Below are positions 12,371-24,178 of a stretch of DNA of 64,000 bases, piece by piece. The notes under the pieces were generated by a model that worked only from the letters and a program-made list of their open reading frames with translations, was not told the DNA's origin and searched no databases. Source of the stretch: Epithemia pelagica (Eukaryota > Protista > Bacillariophyta); contig OX337236.1 of assembly GCA_946965045.2 (NCBI GenBank), positions 1,798,001 to 1,862,000 on the forward strand, written 5' to 3'. The position numbers and the translations under genes were made by a program. Each line of letters opens with the position of its first letter. The stretch's first letter is position 1.

Positions 12371-13289
12371 TTACTTTGTGTCGAACTCTGTGTTCCACTG
12401 GTCGTCATCACCGTCATAGACAGCGCCACCAGATTCGTGATCATCGTCACTGCCATCACCGCCTCCACTCGGAGCATTCAAATCAATCCCGTCCAAAGAG
12501 ATTGATATTTTCTCCACATTTGTGTCCTCTCCTGGTGGAGGGGGCTTCTTGCCCAATAATGGAACGGCTCCACCACCACTTTTCCCCTTCTTTATAACAG
12601 TTGATTTACCAGTTTTGTTAACGTGGATTTGCTCTCCTTCACCAAGTTTAGGAACATGGTAGGAACCCACCTTGGATTCGGCTTCTGATTCCCGTTTGAT
12701 ACTTTTCTCATAGTGATCGATAGATTCTCTGAGATCCGTCGCCTTTTCGCGGTCACGAAATCCAAATCCAATTGTGGCTTCGCGTCCACCGCCTCCCTGG
12801 ATTTTCACTACAAAGTACCGACTGGAATCAACAACTTGTTCCAGGAATTGTGATACTTTTCCGCCTTTGGTGACGTCCAGCTGAGACTGAGCGAAGATAC
12901 CACCTTCGTGTTGGAACTCCAGTACTAGCGCGTCACCTCGACGTTCGACCAATAGATTGCATGTTTTTAGAGGGTCCGATAAATTCCAGTCTTCAGCCCT
13001 TCAATTCAATAAATCCAATAAAGCAAATGGACAGTTGAGTCAACAGTCCCCATCTGTAACGAAAGCAAAACTCATCTCATCCGAGTAATACGGAGGTCTG
13101 AGACCTTACCTATGACCTCCAGCATTTTTCATCGGGGGAATCTTGTAAACATAAACTGCCATACACATCAAAATTCCTGTGAGACGGATAATTACGAGTG
13201 ATCAAGATCGATGTGTCGTTGCCTCAGGACCCACCTTCATCAGCCGTCATCAGACGCTGTCTCATGGCTGAAGTAGCATCTTCTGTCAT
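12371..13289 (-). CDS. NECAP: NECAP (adaptin-ear-binding coat-associated protein), 3 exons: 13235..13289, 13110..13155, 12371..12998
   Basis: Spliced product reads TADE|VYVYKIPP...GGHR|AEDWNL and VVDSSRYFVVKI...IGFGFRDR, the PHear (DUF1681) domain; exon phases are consistent. Confidence 0.88.
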
Positions 13290-13506
13290 CTTCCATGAAA
13301 TGTTGACGGATCTGGTCCAAGTCCAAGGATGAGATTGTGAAACGGACAGAAAAAGTGGGAAACGTGTTTGCGCAACGGATCAAAAATCAACCTTCAAGGC
13401 GATCCATATGCGACTTTAGTCGCCGATCCGTCGACTTTGACCTTTTGATGTCTGATGGTTCGCTTCCATTTTGACCATCACCGACCATGACAATGGAAGT
13501 TGAAGA

Positions 13507-15147
13507 ATGGTATGGTTTGAGTGTTTTTTCCTTACCGTTACTTGTTGCGCTAGCTCCCATGCACTTCTCAGTTCAAAGAAGATTCATGGACTGACGCAAC
13601 GATCACAGCGGCTAGAGTCGACAGATCGGAATCGTCCTCGCACAACAGATGGAGTCTCTGTCCAAGAATTCAATCCGGGAGACTCGTTCGAGGAAGATAC
13701 TAACCTCGGGGATACAACCGAGCAATTTAACTGGTTCAAGGCATGGTACCCTCTGACACCCGTCGAGATTCTCGATCCAGAAATCCCACACCGATATCAG
13801 CTCCTTGGTATGGATTTGGTCGTTTGGAGAGATGGAGCTATTGAGGGAAGAGAATTTGGCAGCAAGAAAAAGCGATCCAAGAAAGCTGAACGCGTCGGTG
13901 GAGAATGGCGAGTTTTTATGGACGAATGTCCTCACCGTAAAGTACCGTTGTCAGAAGGCCGCGTTGAAGACGATCGTACGCTGTTATGCAGCTATCACGG
14001 TTTCCGTTTTGATGGGAACGGAGCTTGCATTGACATTCCTCAGATTAGCAAGACAGAAGAGTTCTCATTGGAACGAGTGGCAGCCAACCCGAAAAGTCAC
14101 TGCAACTCGTTCCCAGTTCGAGTCATTGACGGGTTGTTGTGGGTGTGGCCTGAAACAGGTGACGATGCTCGCATTGAATCTGCGTTGACCGAACCAAAGA
14201 ATTATCGCTTGAGTGATAATGTTGACGCCGACCGCCTCTGGTATGGACCGTGGAACTACCGCGAGCTTCCGTACTCGGCAGATTATTTCATTGAGAACGT
14301 GGTGGATCCAGCACACGTAGGCGTCAGTCATCACGGAATCGTGGGGAATCGGTACAAAGAGCAAACCATGACTCTTGAGAAAAAGAGTCCTTTGACAAAA
14401 GATGGATTTTCTATGGTTGGTGTTATTCCAGGTCGGGACAGCCCAACCGTCACGAACTACATAGCTCCATGTCTTGTTGCAATTGAAAACATGTATGGCT
14501 CGGAGGGGGCCATGCAGACACTTGAACTGTACGCTTCACCAAGCCGACCAGGTTTCTGCAACCATGTAGGGCGACAGGTGGTATGTAAGGATCGAAATGG
14601 CGAGCTCCCGAAAGTGCTGAAGAGATTCACATCTATTCCTGTCCTATCATGGTTGAATCATGTGCTTACTGCTTCCTTCTTGAATCAAGATGCAGTGTTT
14701 TTGCACTATCAAGAACGCTATTTGGCCAAGACAGGATTGTTTATATCGCACAAAAAGTCAAATATGACGAATTACATGAGTCCAATGTTCCTGACGAAAG
14801 GTGATTATGGCGTTGCAAAGTACCGTACGTGGTTTTCCAGAATGGCGGGTGGGTTCATACCATATAAGAACGGTGGTTCATTGCCAGAAGCAAACGCAGA
14901 TATTTGTTTTGACCAGTGGAAGTCACATACAGCGAAGTGCAGGTACTGTCTCGATGCACTGGCAAATCTTCGAAAAGCTCGGATGTTGGCCTTTTTATTG
15001 AGTGGGATCCTTGCAGTTTGGCAGCCTTCTCCTCGTAAAACACTGAACGTTTTATGTGTTCTTGGAACCTCTGGCATTGGGTTTGGCATCAACTCTTTCA
15101 CTCGCAAGTTCTATCGACAGGAGTTCTCTCATGGCAGAAATGATTAA
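13507..15147 (+). CDS. Pheophorbide a oxygenase/TIC55/PTC52-like Rieske non-heme iron oxygenase, copy 1
   Basis: Rieske CPHR...CSYHG, mononuclear Fe site ENVVDPAHVGVSHH, C-terminal HTAKCRYC CxxC motif and TM hairpin; N-terminal signal peptide. Confidence 0.88.
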   Translation: MVWFECFFLTVTCCASSHALLSSKKIHGLTQRSQRLESTDRNRPRTTDGVSVQEFNPGDSFEEDTNLGDTTEQFNWFKAWYPLTPVEILDPEIPHRYQLLGMDLVVWRDGAIEGREFGSKKKRSKKAERVGGEWRVFMDECPHRKVPLSEGRVEDDRTLLCSYHGFRFDGNGACIDIPQISKTEEFSLERVAANPKSHCNSFPVRVIDGLLWVWPETGDDARIESALTEPKNYRLSDNVDADRLWYGPWNYRELPYSADYFIENVVDPAHVGVSHHGIVGNRYKEQTMTLEKKSPLTKDGFSMVGVIPGRDSPTVTNYIAPCLVAIENMYGSEGAMQTLELYASPSRPGFCNHVGRQVVCKDRNGELPKVLKRFTSIPVLSWLNHVLTASFLNQDAVFLHYQERYLAKTGLFISHKKSNMTNYMSPMFLTKGDYGVAKYRTWFSRMAGGFIPYKNGGSLPEANADICFDQWKSHTAKCRYCLDALANLRKARMLAFLLSGILAVWQPSPRKTLNVLCVLGTSGIGFGINSFTRKFYRQEFSHGRND

Positions 15148-15449
15148 ATCTTCGTAATTTATGCATAAATCTCAGTTGACATAGCACTGAAACTATAGTT
15201 CAGTGAACGTTTCAGGAGCATCCTTTCACACTACGAATAGTCAAAGCATTAGAGATTAGGCTGCTTGCTTCGTGCTCGACGACAAGAAGTGTTAGCTTCT
15301 CGTTTCTGACTCACTGTACCGTTCGTCCGGCTCGAAAATAGTGCGACGTGCGACTGAAGGTTTGCTTAGGGATAAATAGTACACTTTGGAGAATAGGAAG
15401 CTGGGGCGTATGTCATTGCAAAAATTAAATAGGGAATGAGTCGCAACTG

Positions 15450-15477
15450 TGACGTGTGACGTGTGACGTGTGACGTG
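15450..15477 (+). promoter_or_regulatory. 4 tandem TGACGTG (bZIP ACGT/CRE-like) elements upstream of PAO-like copy 2
   Basis: Exact (TGACGTG)x4 ending 88 bp before the ATG at 15565. Confidence 0.55.
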
Positions 15478-15564
15478 GTTCGTAAATCGTAAAGCGAATG
15501 CTTTTCGGATTTTGGATTTTGGATCCACATCGCGCGTCAACGTCGTCGACACAAAAGGATTGCC

Positions 15565-17172
15565 ATGAGGGTAAACGGTGCTCTTCTTCTTTCTGCTGCC
15601 TTCGGCACATGGTGCCATGCGTTTGTACCCACCAGTCGCAATGTACCTGTGATCTTGCCGCGAACTCGTTTGTCGTCGACCCTCGATTATCCTCAAACGA
15701 AGGATGATTTGAGCTTTGAAGAATACGCCGAACCCGAAGACACAAGTGAGCAATTTAACTGGTTCAAGGCATGGTACCCTCTGATAGCCGTCGAGATGCT
15801 CGATCCAGAGATCCCTCACCGATATCAGCTTCTTGGTATGGATTTGGTCATCTGGAAAGATGCAGCTATTGAGGGAGGAGAATTCGGCAGCAAGAAAAAG
15901 CGATCCAAGAAAGCTGAACGCATCGGTGGAGAATGGCGTGTTTTTATGGACGAATGTCCTCACCGTAAAGTGCCGTTGTCAGAAGGCCGTGTGGAAGATG
16001 ATGGCACGCTGTTGTGCAGCTATCATGGTTTCCGTTTTGATGGTGAAGGAGCTTGCATTGACATTCCTCAAATTAGCAAGACAGAAGAGTTCTCATTGGA
16101 ACGAGTGGCAGCCAACCCGAAAAGTCGCTGCAACTCTTTCCCAGTTCGAATCATTGACGGGTTGTTGTGGGTGTGGCCTGAAACAGGCGATGATGCTCGA
16201 ATTGAATCTGCTTTGACCGAGCCAAAGAATTATCGCTTGAGTGACGATGTAGACACTGATCGAGTCTGGTACGGCCCATGGAGCTACCGCGAGCTTCCGT
16301 ACTCAGCCGATTATTTCATGGAAAACGTGGTGGATCCCTCACATGTGTCAATCAGTCACCATGGAATTGTAGGCAACCGTTACGAGGACCAGACCTTGAG
16401 CCTCGAGAAGAAGGATCCTTTGAACAAAGATGGATTTTCCTTCCGGACCCACACTGCAACAGGAGACCATCCATCCACAACCACGTACAAAGCCCCAACA
16501 ACTGTGACCATTGAGGCCCCCTACGGATCGGAGGGAGCTCAACAGACGCTTGAACTTCACGCTTCCCCTAGCCGGCCAGGCTTTTGCAATCACATTGGAA
16601 GAATGGTAATTGTCAAAGACGAAAGCGGGAAAATGCCTGGGCTTTTCCGTCAATTTACCCTGCCTCTTCCTAAATGGGTGAATCATGTGATGGCAGCGTC
16701 GTTTCTGAATCAAGACGCTGTGTTCTTGCACTACCAAGAACGTCATTTGGCCAAAACGGGTTCTTACATTTCGCATGAGAAGTCAGATAGAACCAACTAC
16801 ATGACTCCCATGTTTCTGACCAAGGGAGATTACGGGGTTGCCAAGTATCGTACCTGGCTCTCGAGATTGGCGGGAGGCTTTGTGCCGTACAAGAATGGAG
16901 GTGCATTGTCGGCCGCCGATCCTGCGGATTGTTTTGACCAATGGCATTCGCACACGAGCAAGTGCAAGATTTGTTTGGATGCCCTCAAAAATCTCAAAAA
17001 GGCTCGCATGGCCGCCTTTGTTCTCAGTGGAATACTGGGTGTGGGACAGCCACTTCCCCGGAAAGCGTTGAACCTGGTGGGTATGTTCGCAACGGCAGGA
17101 ATCGGCTTTGGAATCAACTCCTTGATTGGAAAGTTTTACCGAAACGACTACTCACACAATACCAACGACTAG
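15565..17172 (+). CDS. PAO/TIC55/PTC52-like Rieske oxygenase, copy 2, plastid targeted
   Basis: Same motifs as copy 1 (CPHR, CSYHG, DPSHVSISHH, HTSKCKIC); signal peptide ending CHA^FVP resembles the diatom ASAFAP bipartite signal. Confidence 0.9.
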   Translation: MRVNGALLLSAAFGTWCHAFVPTSRNVPVILPRTRLSSTLDYPQTKDDLSFEEYAEPEDTSEQFNWFKAWYPLIAVEMLDPEIPHRYQLLGMDLVIWKDAAIEGGEFGSKKKRSKKAERIGGEWRVFMDECPHRKVPLSEGRVEDDGTLLCSYHGFRFDGEGACIDIPQISKTEEFSLERVAANPKSRCNSFPVRIIDGLLWVWPETGDDARIESALTEPKNYRLSDDVDTDRVWYGPWSYRELPYSADYFMENVVDPSHVSISHHGIVGNRYEDQTLSLEKKDPLNKDGFSFRTHTATGDHPSTTTYKAPTTVTIEAPYGSEGAQQTLELHASPSRPGFCNHIGRMVIVKDESGKMPGLFRQFTLPLPKWVNHVMAASFLNQDAVFLHYQERHLAKTGSYISHEKSDRTNYMTPMFLTKGDYGVAKYRTWLSRLAGGFVPYKNGGALSAADPADCFDQWHSHTSKCKICLDALKNLKKARMAAFVLSGILGVGQPLPRKALNLVGMFATAGIGFGINSLIGKFYRNDYSHNTND

Positions 17173-17413
17173 ATAGTTCATCCAAATGGCTGTCTCTCAA
17201 ATCTGACTGAAAAAATGACTTACTCCCTGAATAGGAAGTATGAAGGACTTGCCTACGTAGATGATCCCTTCATTGAAATGGACCAACCAATGCCACAAAA
17301 CATAAGTTAGATAACTTCATGACAAGACACATGTACACAACAGAAATGCTTGCCTCTGTTGCATTACTAGAGTTAACGTCACTAGATAGAATTGGTAAAG
17401 GACGCTCTTCGAA

Positions 17414-19329
17414 CTACGAAATGGGTGTATTGGTCAATGTTTCTTTGTCGTCTGCGCTGTGCGGTTGAGTGAGACGCAAAATGGCTTCCAGGTCAGCTTT
17501 GGTAGAGTCCTGTTGTATCTCGATTCAAAGGAGCAACCAACAACAGGTGAGCGGTTCCAACAAAAACCAAAAAGCAGACAAACAAACTAGCAAGGAAGGA
17601 CACCGACGGACGCTGGTCACCCACCAACCCTTATACGTACCTTGCAGGAATGAAAGGTGGTGCATTGACCGGCCAAATTGTCTTGCGCAATCCGATACAG
17701 TCGTGGTCCTTGCAAATACTCGTGTACTTGCACCACTTGATGCCGCGCAATTTGAAAACTGGCATACGCAAAATGCCAAAAGGCATATTGCATCCAGGGT
17801 GTGTTTTGGGACAAGCCGGTCGAGTCCGAATTTTGTGGTGATGATTCTGGGTGGTGCGCCAGAGCCACGGCGGCAGCCGCCGAGTCGGGACCCTTGGCAG
17901 CGGCCTTCGATGTGCTGGTGGTATTCATGTCGACCGTGTCGGCCAAGACGCGGAGCATTCCCGCCGAGGTTGGGGTCCGCGATCGAATGGCATCAAACGA
18001 AAAATTGGTTTCCACAAAGGACACACAGTCGGAAGGATGCCGGGCTCCACACAAGGACGACGATGTTGTTGTTGTCGACGTCGTTGTCTTGGCTGGTTGG
18101 GTCAAGGTATGCCACAACAAGTGATGTTCGACAACGGGAATTTCCGAGTCGTCCACACCGACTGGATATCCCACAGTAATACCAGGGGTAATGCACATGT
18201 GAGAATGGACCGCCACTTGCAACACGCCCGCACCACCGGGTGCTACACCAACCGAACGATCGGGAGGAGATTGCCGCAATTCCCAGTGCCATTCCAAACT
18301 GCGTCGCGAACACCAATACTTGAACCGTTGGAATCCAGTCGGCTGTGACTTGGTTTGCCGAGTGGACGACGAGGTCGAACCAAATAGTTGAACGGCTTGA
18401 TCTTGAATGTATTGGAGGTAGTGTTGGTGCAAACCATCGTCGGCATCCAACCGTGTTTCCAACATGGTCAAATGATCCGCCAAGGCCATGGTCAAGGCCA
18501 GACGACGACGATGGCCCGAATACACGCGAACCGGTTCTGGTGGAACAAATTGGGATGCGCCGGTCCGGTTGTTCTCCCTAGATAACTTGTTTTGCAATTC
18601 TTTAAGTTCCGAACTCCGCCAAGCACCGGTCGCGTTGGGATTGATCAAGAAATTGGTATTGGATCCCACTACGTAAATGTAATTGTAGGGTTGCACCAAG
18701 GCAATCAACTGCCGCAAGACGGGCAAGTGCAAGTGCGGATCGGTTTTGATGATCCAAATAAATCGAGAAGAGGATTGATGCACAATGGTGGGCAGACAAA
18801 AGACTTGAAACAAGCGCAATCTCGCCCACGCCAAATGCGTCAAATGACCCTGTTCTTGCATAAAGCGAGTGTGCAAAATGTGAATAAAGGGAGGAGGAGC
18901 CGTGTGATTGAAAATCTCGTCCCATGCCTCGAGCGCCATGGCAGGAGTGTGCCATGTCGCAGGTGTGTCTCCATCAGGGTCCGTCATGGTGTAATAAACC
19001 AAGGGTGGTTCCGTGACGGACGTCAAAGTCGTCGTTGTTGGTGTCAGGACGCGTCGTCGTACCATCCATAAACCCGAACCCCACACTACCAGAATCAACA
19101 GGAGGCATCTCCGACACAGTTCATGGCGAATGGAACGTGGAGAACAGACAGATGACCGAACGCTGGTCGTCCACCATTGTGTGGGTTGGCCACGTTGTGA
19201 TCCTCGTTCTCCAGATCTGTACAAGGGCAATGGTAGATTGGTCTGGAAGGGATCGACGAGTGTTGTTTCCTCTTTGTTGTGCGATGATGGTTGTGGTTGG
19301 ACGCGTCGTTTTCGCGCCGTCGTTGTCAT
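17414..19329 (-). CDS. Glycosyltransferase-like type II membrane protein (putative rhamnosyltransferase-like family); exons 17641..19329 and 17414..17509
   Basis: TM LLLILVVWGSGLWMV; motifs HTRFMQEQ..RLRLFQVFCLPTI..QSS..FIWIIKTDP and ETRLDADDGL; GTACGT..AACAG intron 17510-17640 gives CTTFHSCK|DSTKADLEAIL. Confidence 0.65.
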
Positions 19330-20045
19330 TGTCGTGGTTTTTGGGTTTTTGGGAAGGGCGAGAAAACCAGCCGGAGATTTCCCGCGCACGCATGCACGTT
19401 CCCCCTTTCTCCCCCATCGCGCGAGCACTCGTATGCTTCCTTACTCGTGACTTGAATACCTACATAGTCCCGCCTATCATGGCTAGGAAGGTATCGTGAA
19501 TGACAACAATCCCAAGGTTTAGGAGTACGTTGGAGATTTGAGAGCCTCTTGTAAAACTCTACCGCATGTCTACAATGGATCCGTCTGGATGCGTTCCAAT
19601 GATGGCGTTTTGTTGCTGCTCGCCGTGCTTCGACCTGTGGCTTGTTGGGATGGACAGCGTCTGGATCTTGGTGTGGCTCTGACAAGTGTCATCCAAAGAA
19701 TGAGCTTTTGCTGTTGCAAGCGTACTCGTCGATGCAGTGTCGGGTTGCTGAAAATACAATACGGTATGTATGCGGAGTCCGTTTTTGGAGAGAACAGTCC
19801 AGGCCGTATCGATGGTCCGCACTAGGCGTCATTCGTACAAGATGACTCTCTATGTAGTAGAAAAGATCCATTCTCAATTTCTACTTGTTCTCGTCCTCTT
19901 GCAACATTGTTCTTACCTAGACAAGGCCCGCACGCTGCTTGAAAAAACACAACCGTTTGTTGGGAGGAGATTGTTGGCTCTCGAGAGATTAGATAGAGAT
20001 GACAGAAGCACGAGAGGACGACTCTGACTTTGGGGGGTCCAGGAC

Positions 20046-20061
20046 TTAGGGTTAGGGTTAC
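20046..20061 (+). repeat. Interstitial telomere-like tract TTAGGGTTAGGGTTAC
   Basis: Read directly; its exact reverse complement lies at 21511..21526. Confidence 0.8.
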
Positions 20062-20205
20062 GATGCAAAAAACACATCCAGGCGCGAAGCGTTGATCCCG
20101 CAGTCATACTTTGGAGTTTGGAAGAAACTTTTGTAGAACCAGACACACCACAAAAACACTTCCCATTGTGATTGTTTCGCCTTGCCTTGATACTTGGAAT
20201 ACAAA

Positions 20206-21339
20206 ATGGATGTGAGCGAACATGCACGCTTGTCAGGCCTCGTGTTGGGCAGTAATCAAGAAGAATCAGCATCATGGACCAGGAATGACCAAGACTGGCT
20301 TCCCCGTAAGCTGTGTGATCACGCCTCTGTTGTCGCGCATCCTCCATACAACAACAAGGAAGAAAGTATTGTGGTAGTAGGAGGCTTGGACCAGCAAGAC
20401 AAGGCAACCAACTCCGTGCTTCTCTTGAATGCTGCCGAAGGATCTAACTGCAGACACTGGATTGAAGGGCCCGCTATGAATGAAGCGAGATCATCTCTCG
20501 CTGCGGTAGTCTGCAACGGCAGCGTGTACGCAATTGGTGGAAAACATGACCGCTTTTCCGTCCTGAACACCATTGAACGGATTGATATCATTCATCTTCT
20601 CTCACCCAAGAAATGTGACAAGGAGAACCCATGGTTCACACTGACGTCTCAATTGTCGAAAGCAAGAGAATACTTTTCCGCTGCCGCGATTCACAACAGG
20701 TATATTGTTGTGGCTGGGGGATGGAGTATCGATGTAGGAGCTTTGGCGTCAGTCGAAATTATTGACACTGTGCAAGAAAGTCAACCACATGTCTTTCCTG
20801 GTCCACCGCTGAACGTGCCTCGTGTTTTTTTTGGAATGACTGTGATTGGGTCGTGTATGTATGTTGTTGGAGGTCTATCTCACGATTTATTGGAAGCAGA
20901 AGCTTTTAAATCAGTCGAATACTTGAAATTGAGTGATTCACGTGGTGAAGGGACAAATAACAACGCAACATCTATGTTCCCGTCTTCTTTGTCATGGGCT
21001 ATACATGAGGACTTGGCTCTGAATGAGCCTCGATGTGGGCATGCTGTGGCTCGAGTTGGATCATGCTTGGTCGTATCAGGAGGTTCTCCCAGTACTTCTC
21101 ATCCTTCTGCGCAGTCTGTTGAAATAATGGACACAAAACGCAACAAGGTGTGGAAACTGATTCCAGAAATGACTGTCCCACGCATTTGGCACACCATGGT
21201 TTCGATTTCGACTGGTATTTTTTGTATATCTGGTTCGGGAGTAAACGCCTATGAACAACTGTCATTGATGGACCAGAACTCGGTTGTGTTTCGCAAGTTG
21301 TTGATGGGTAGCAAACGTCCATGTTTGAAGGAAATGTGA
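20206..21339 (+). CDS. Kelch-repeat protein
   Basis: Repeated GG..W/P..PR motifs (IVVVGG, VYAIGG, IVVAGG, MYVVGG, LVVSGG); intronless. Confidence 0.88.
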   Translation: MDVSEHARLSGLVLGSNQEESASWTRNDQDWLPRKLCDHASVVAHPPYNNKEESIVVVGGLDQQDKATNSVLLLNAAEGSNCRHWIEGPAMNEARSSLAAVVCNGSVYAIGGKHDRFSVLNTIERIDIIHLLSPKKCDKENPWFTLTSQLSKAREYFSAAAIHNRYIVVAGGWSIDVGALASVEIIDTVQESQPHVFPGPPLNVPRVFFGMTVIGSCMYVVGGLSHDLLEAEAFKSVEYLKLSDSRGEGTNNNATSMFPSSLSWAIHEDLALNEPRCGHAVARVGSCLVVSGGSPSTSHPSAQSVEIMDTKRNKVWKLIPEMTVPRIWHTMVSISTGIFCISGSGVNAYEQLSLMDQNSVVFRKLLMGSKRPCLKEM

Positions 21340-21510
21340 ACCAACTCGATAGAGTGGTATTTGTGCCAAAGGGTAAATACTTCTATAGTATCATTGTTTC
21401 ATCCACTTCCTTGCTGTGTTATGACAATGATGGATTCCAATGGACTTGTTTGCTTGCTCGTTGGGTCGCATCGAATGGCTTGACCATGGTAGCTATGTGA
21501 GCTTGTGCGA

Positions 21511-21526
21511 GTAACCCTAACCCTAA
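21511..21526 (-). repeat. Interstitial telomere-like tract GTAACCCTAACCCTAA
   Basis: Read directly; upstream of XPB and inverted relative to 20046..20061. Confidence 0.8.
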
Positions 21527-21700
21527 CACGCACTAGCACGTACAGACATGCAGACGACAATTGCGGGTTTGGAGTTTGGAATTTGGAAGATTTCTCTGAA
21601 CCAAGGCAAGGAGCAAAGGAGCTGCTCGAAGAAACAAGCTTCTGTTCTCGTGCACAGGTGACGTCGGGAACGGTTGGACGAGGAGAGGAGTTGTATTGGC

Positions 21701-24178
21701 ATGGCACCCACTTCCTCAACGAACGACGAGGGGCTGGACGAATACGCCAGTGCCCGAAAATTGGTGAAACGTGCCGCCGCACGGGAAGAGGCCTTGTCCA
21801 AAGGCAAAAAGAGCGCTGGCAATGATGAATTGCCGGTGGGAGCCGATTTTTCTCGTTTGCCTCTCAAACTAGATCACTTGCAACGTCCCTGTTGGACCTG
21901 TCCAGACGGAACCATTTACTTGGAAGCCTTTCATGATTTGTACATTCAAGCCTATGACTTTTTGGTGGCCATTGCCGAACCAGTGGCCCGTCCAGAATTT
22001 ATTCATCAATACAAATTGACACCCTATTCTCTCTACGCTGCCGTGGCAACAAACATTTCCACCGACTCCATTGTCAGTGTTTTGGAACGCTTGTCCAAAA
22101 ACAAGTTGCCCAAATCGGTCATTACTTTTATTCGTGATTGTACGCAGAAATATGGCAAGGCGAAATTGGTACTCAAACACAACAAATTCTTTGTCGAAAG
22201 TGAATTCCCCATGGTATTGCGAGAGTTGTTGCGCGATCCCACCATTGCCCAAGCTCGCGTCACCGAGGATCATACTAGTAGTGCCGCCGAAGTGGATGCG
22301 GATGGATTTTTGACGCATACCAAGGCGGAAGAAATGAAGGAGAATTTGCATATATTGAGAGAACCGGGAGACGATTCGGATGAGGATGACGACGACGAAG
22401 ACAATCCGCAGCAGCAACAACAAAAAGCGCAAGCACCAAAGACGGTAGTGAGCTTTCAAATTCGTGGAGAAGCTGTGGAACAAGTCAAACGACAAGCCAT
22501 TGAACTTGACTATCCACTCAGTAAGTCTTTCGATAAGCAACCGTGTATTTATTAAGACTGTTCTTGTCGCTCCTTGGTTCGATCCGAAGGCTGACACTCT
22601 TTTTCTGATGTTTCTCGTTTGGCAGTGGAAGAGTATGATTTTCGGAATGATTTGGTGAATCCAAATGTTCCTCAAATGGATCTGAAACCACATACTCGCA
22701 TTCGTCGATACCAAGAACGAAGCCTGGCAAAAATGTTTGGAAATGGTCGAGCTCGGTCCGGTATCATCGTCTTACCGTGCGGAGCGGGCAAAACACTGAC
22801 GGGTGTCACTGCCGCACAAACAATTAAAAAGTCGGTGGTTTGTTTGGCTACCAATGCCGTGTCGGTATTGCAATGGAAATTTCAGTTTCAGCTATGGACA
22901 TCCATCCCCGATGAACACATTGCCGTATTCACGTCCGATCGAAAAGATAAAATCCATCCGGATGCCTGCGTATTGGTTACAACCTACACCATGATTTCCT
23001 ATTCAGGTAAGCGATCGGCAGAGTCTCAAGAGATTATGGACATTATTACTGGTAGAGAATGGGGATTGCTGTTGATGGACGAGGTACATGTGGTACCGGC
23101 CAAAATGTTTCGTCGTGTGGTCGGATCGGTCAAGGCCCATTGCCGCTTAGGCTTGACGGCAACATTGGTTCGGGAAGACGACTTGATTTCCGACCTCAAC
23201 TTTCTGATTGGTCCCAAACTCTATGAAGCCAATTGGATGGATCTCACGGCCCAGGGTTATTTGGCCAATGTTCAATGTGTCGAAATTTGGTGTCCCATGA
23301 CTGGTCCATTTATGAAGGAATACTTGCTCTCAGCCAATGCTCGATTGAAACAAATTTTGTACGTGATGAACCCCAGCAAATTACGAGCCACAGAGTACTT
23401 GGTACGGTTCCATGAAGCACGGGGTGACAAGATTATTGTGTTTTCTGATCTAGTCTACAGTCTCAAGTTGTATGCCAACATGCTCAAGAAACCCTTGATT
23501 TATGGAGAAACTCCGGAACGAGAGCGACAAGTCATTTTGGGAACCTTTCGAGCCACGGATGCGATTCGCACCATTTGCATTAGCAAGGTGGGTGACACCT
23601 CCATCGACTTGCCCGAGGCCAATGTCATTATACAAGTTTCATCGCATTTTGGTTCTCGTCGACAAGAAGCACAAAGACTGGGGCGTATTTTGCGTCCCAA
23701 GAAGTTCACACAACAAGATGGCAGTAACCGATCTTCCTTCAATGCCTTTTTCTACACATTGGTTAGCACAGATACACAAGAAATGTTTTACAGTGCCAAG
23801 CGCCAACAGTACCTGATCGATCAAGGATACACGTTCAAGATTGTGACGAACCTTTGTGAAAAGGCCAATGCCATTGCCGAAGAAGAAGGCTATACCTATG
23901 CGACTCCAGAACAAGACAATGAGCTGCTTGTTACTCTGCTGAGCAGCGACGTCGATCTAGACAAGGAGCAACGGTCGGAAGATACAGCCATTCGAAAAAA
24001 CAATGCTGACGGTGCTGCCTTGGCCGATGCGGCAGTGAAACGGACCGCCGGCATTGCCATGTCTCAAATGAGTGGCGGTAGTGGTCTCCGATACCGGGAG
24101 ACCAAAACAGCAGGGTCTTCGTCGTCCGCTAGTAACTCCAAACGACACCCCCTCTTTCGCAAACGACTCCGCCGATAG
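21701..24178 (+). CDS. XPB: TFIIH DNA helicase XPB (ERCC3/Ssl2); exons 21701..22520 and 22626..24178
   Basis: [13 protein letters not shown]-like N-terminal motif ([14 protein letters not shown]), Walker [28 protein letters not shown]; intron 22521-22625 restores DYPL|MEEYDFRND. Confidence 0.97.
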
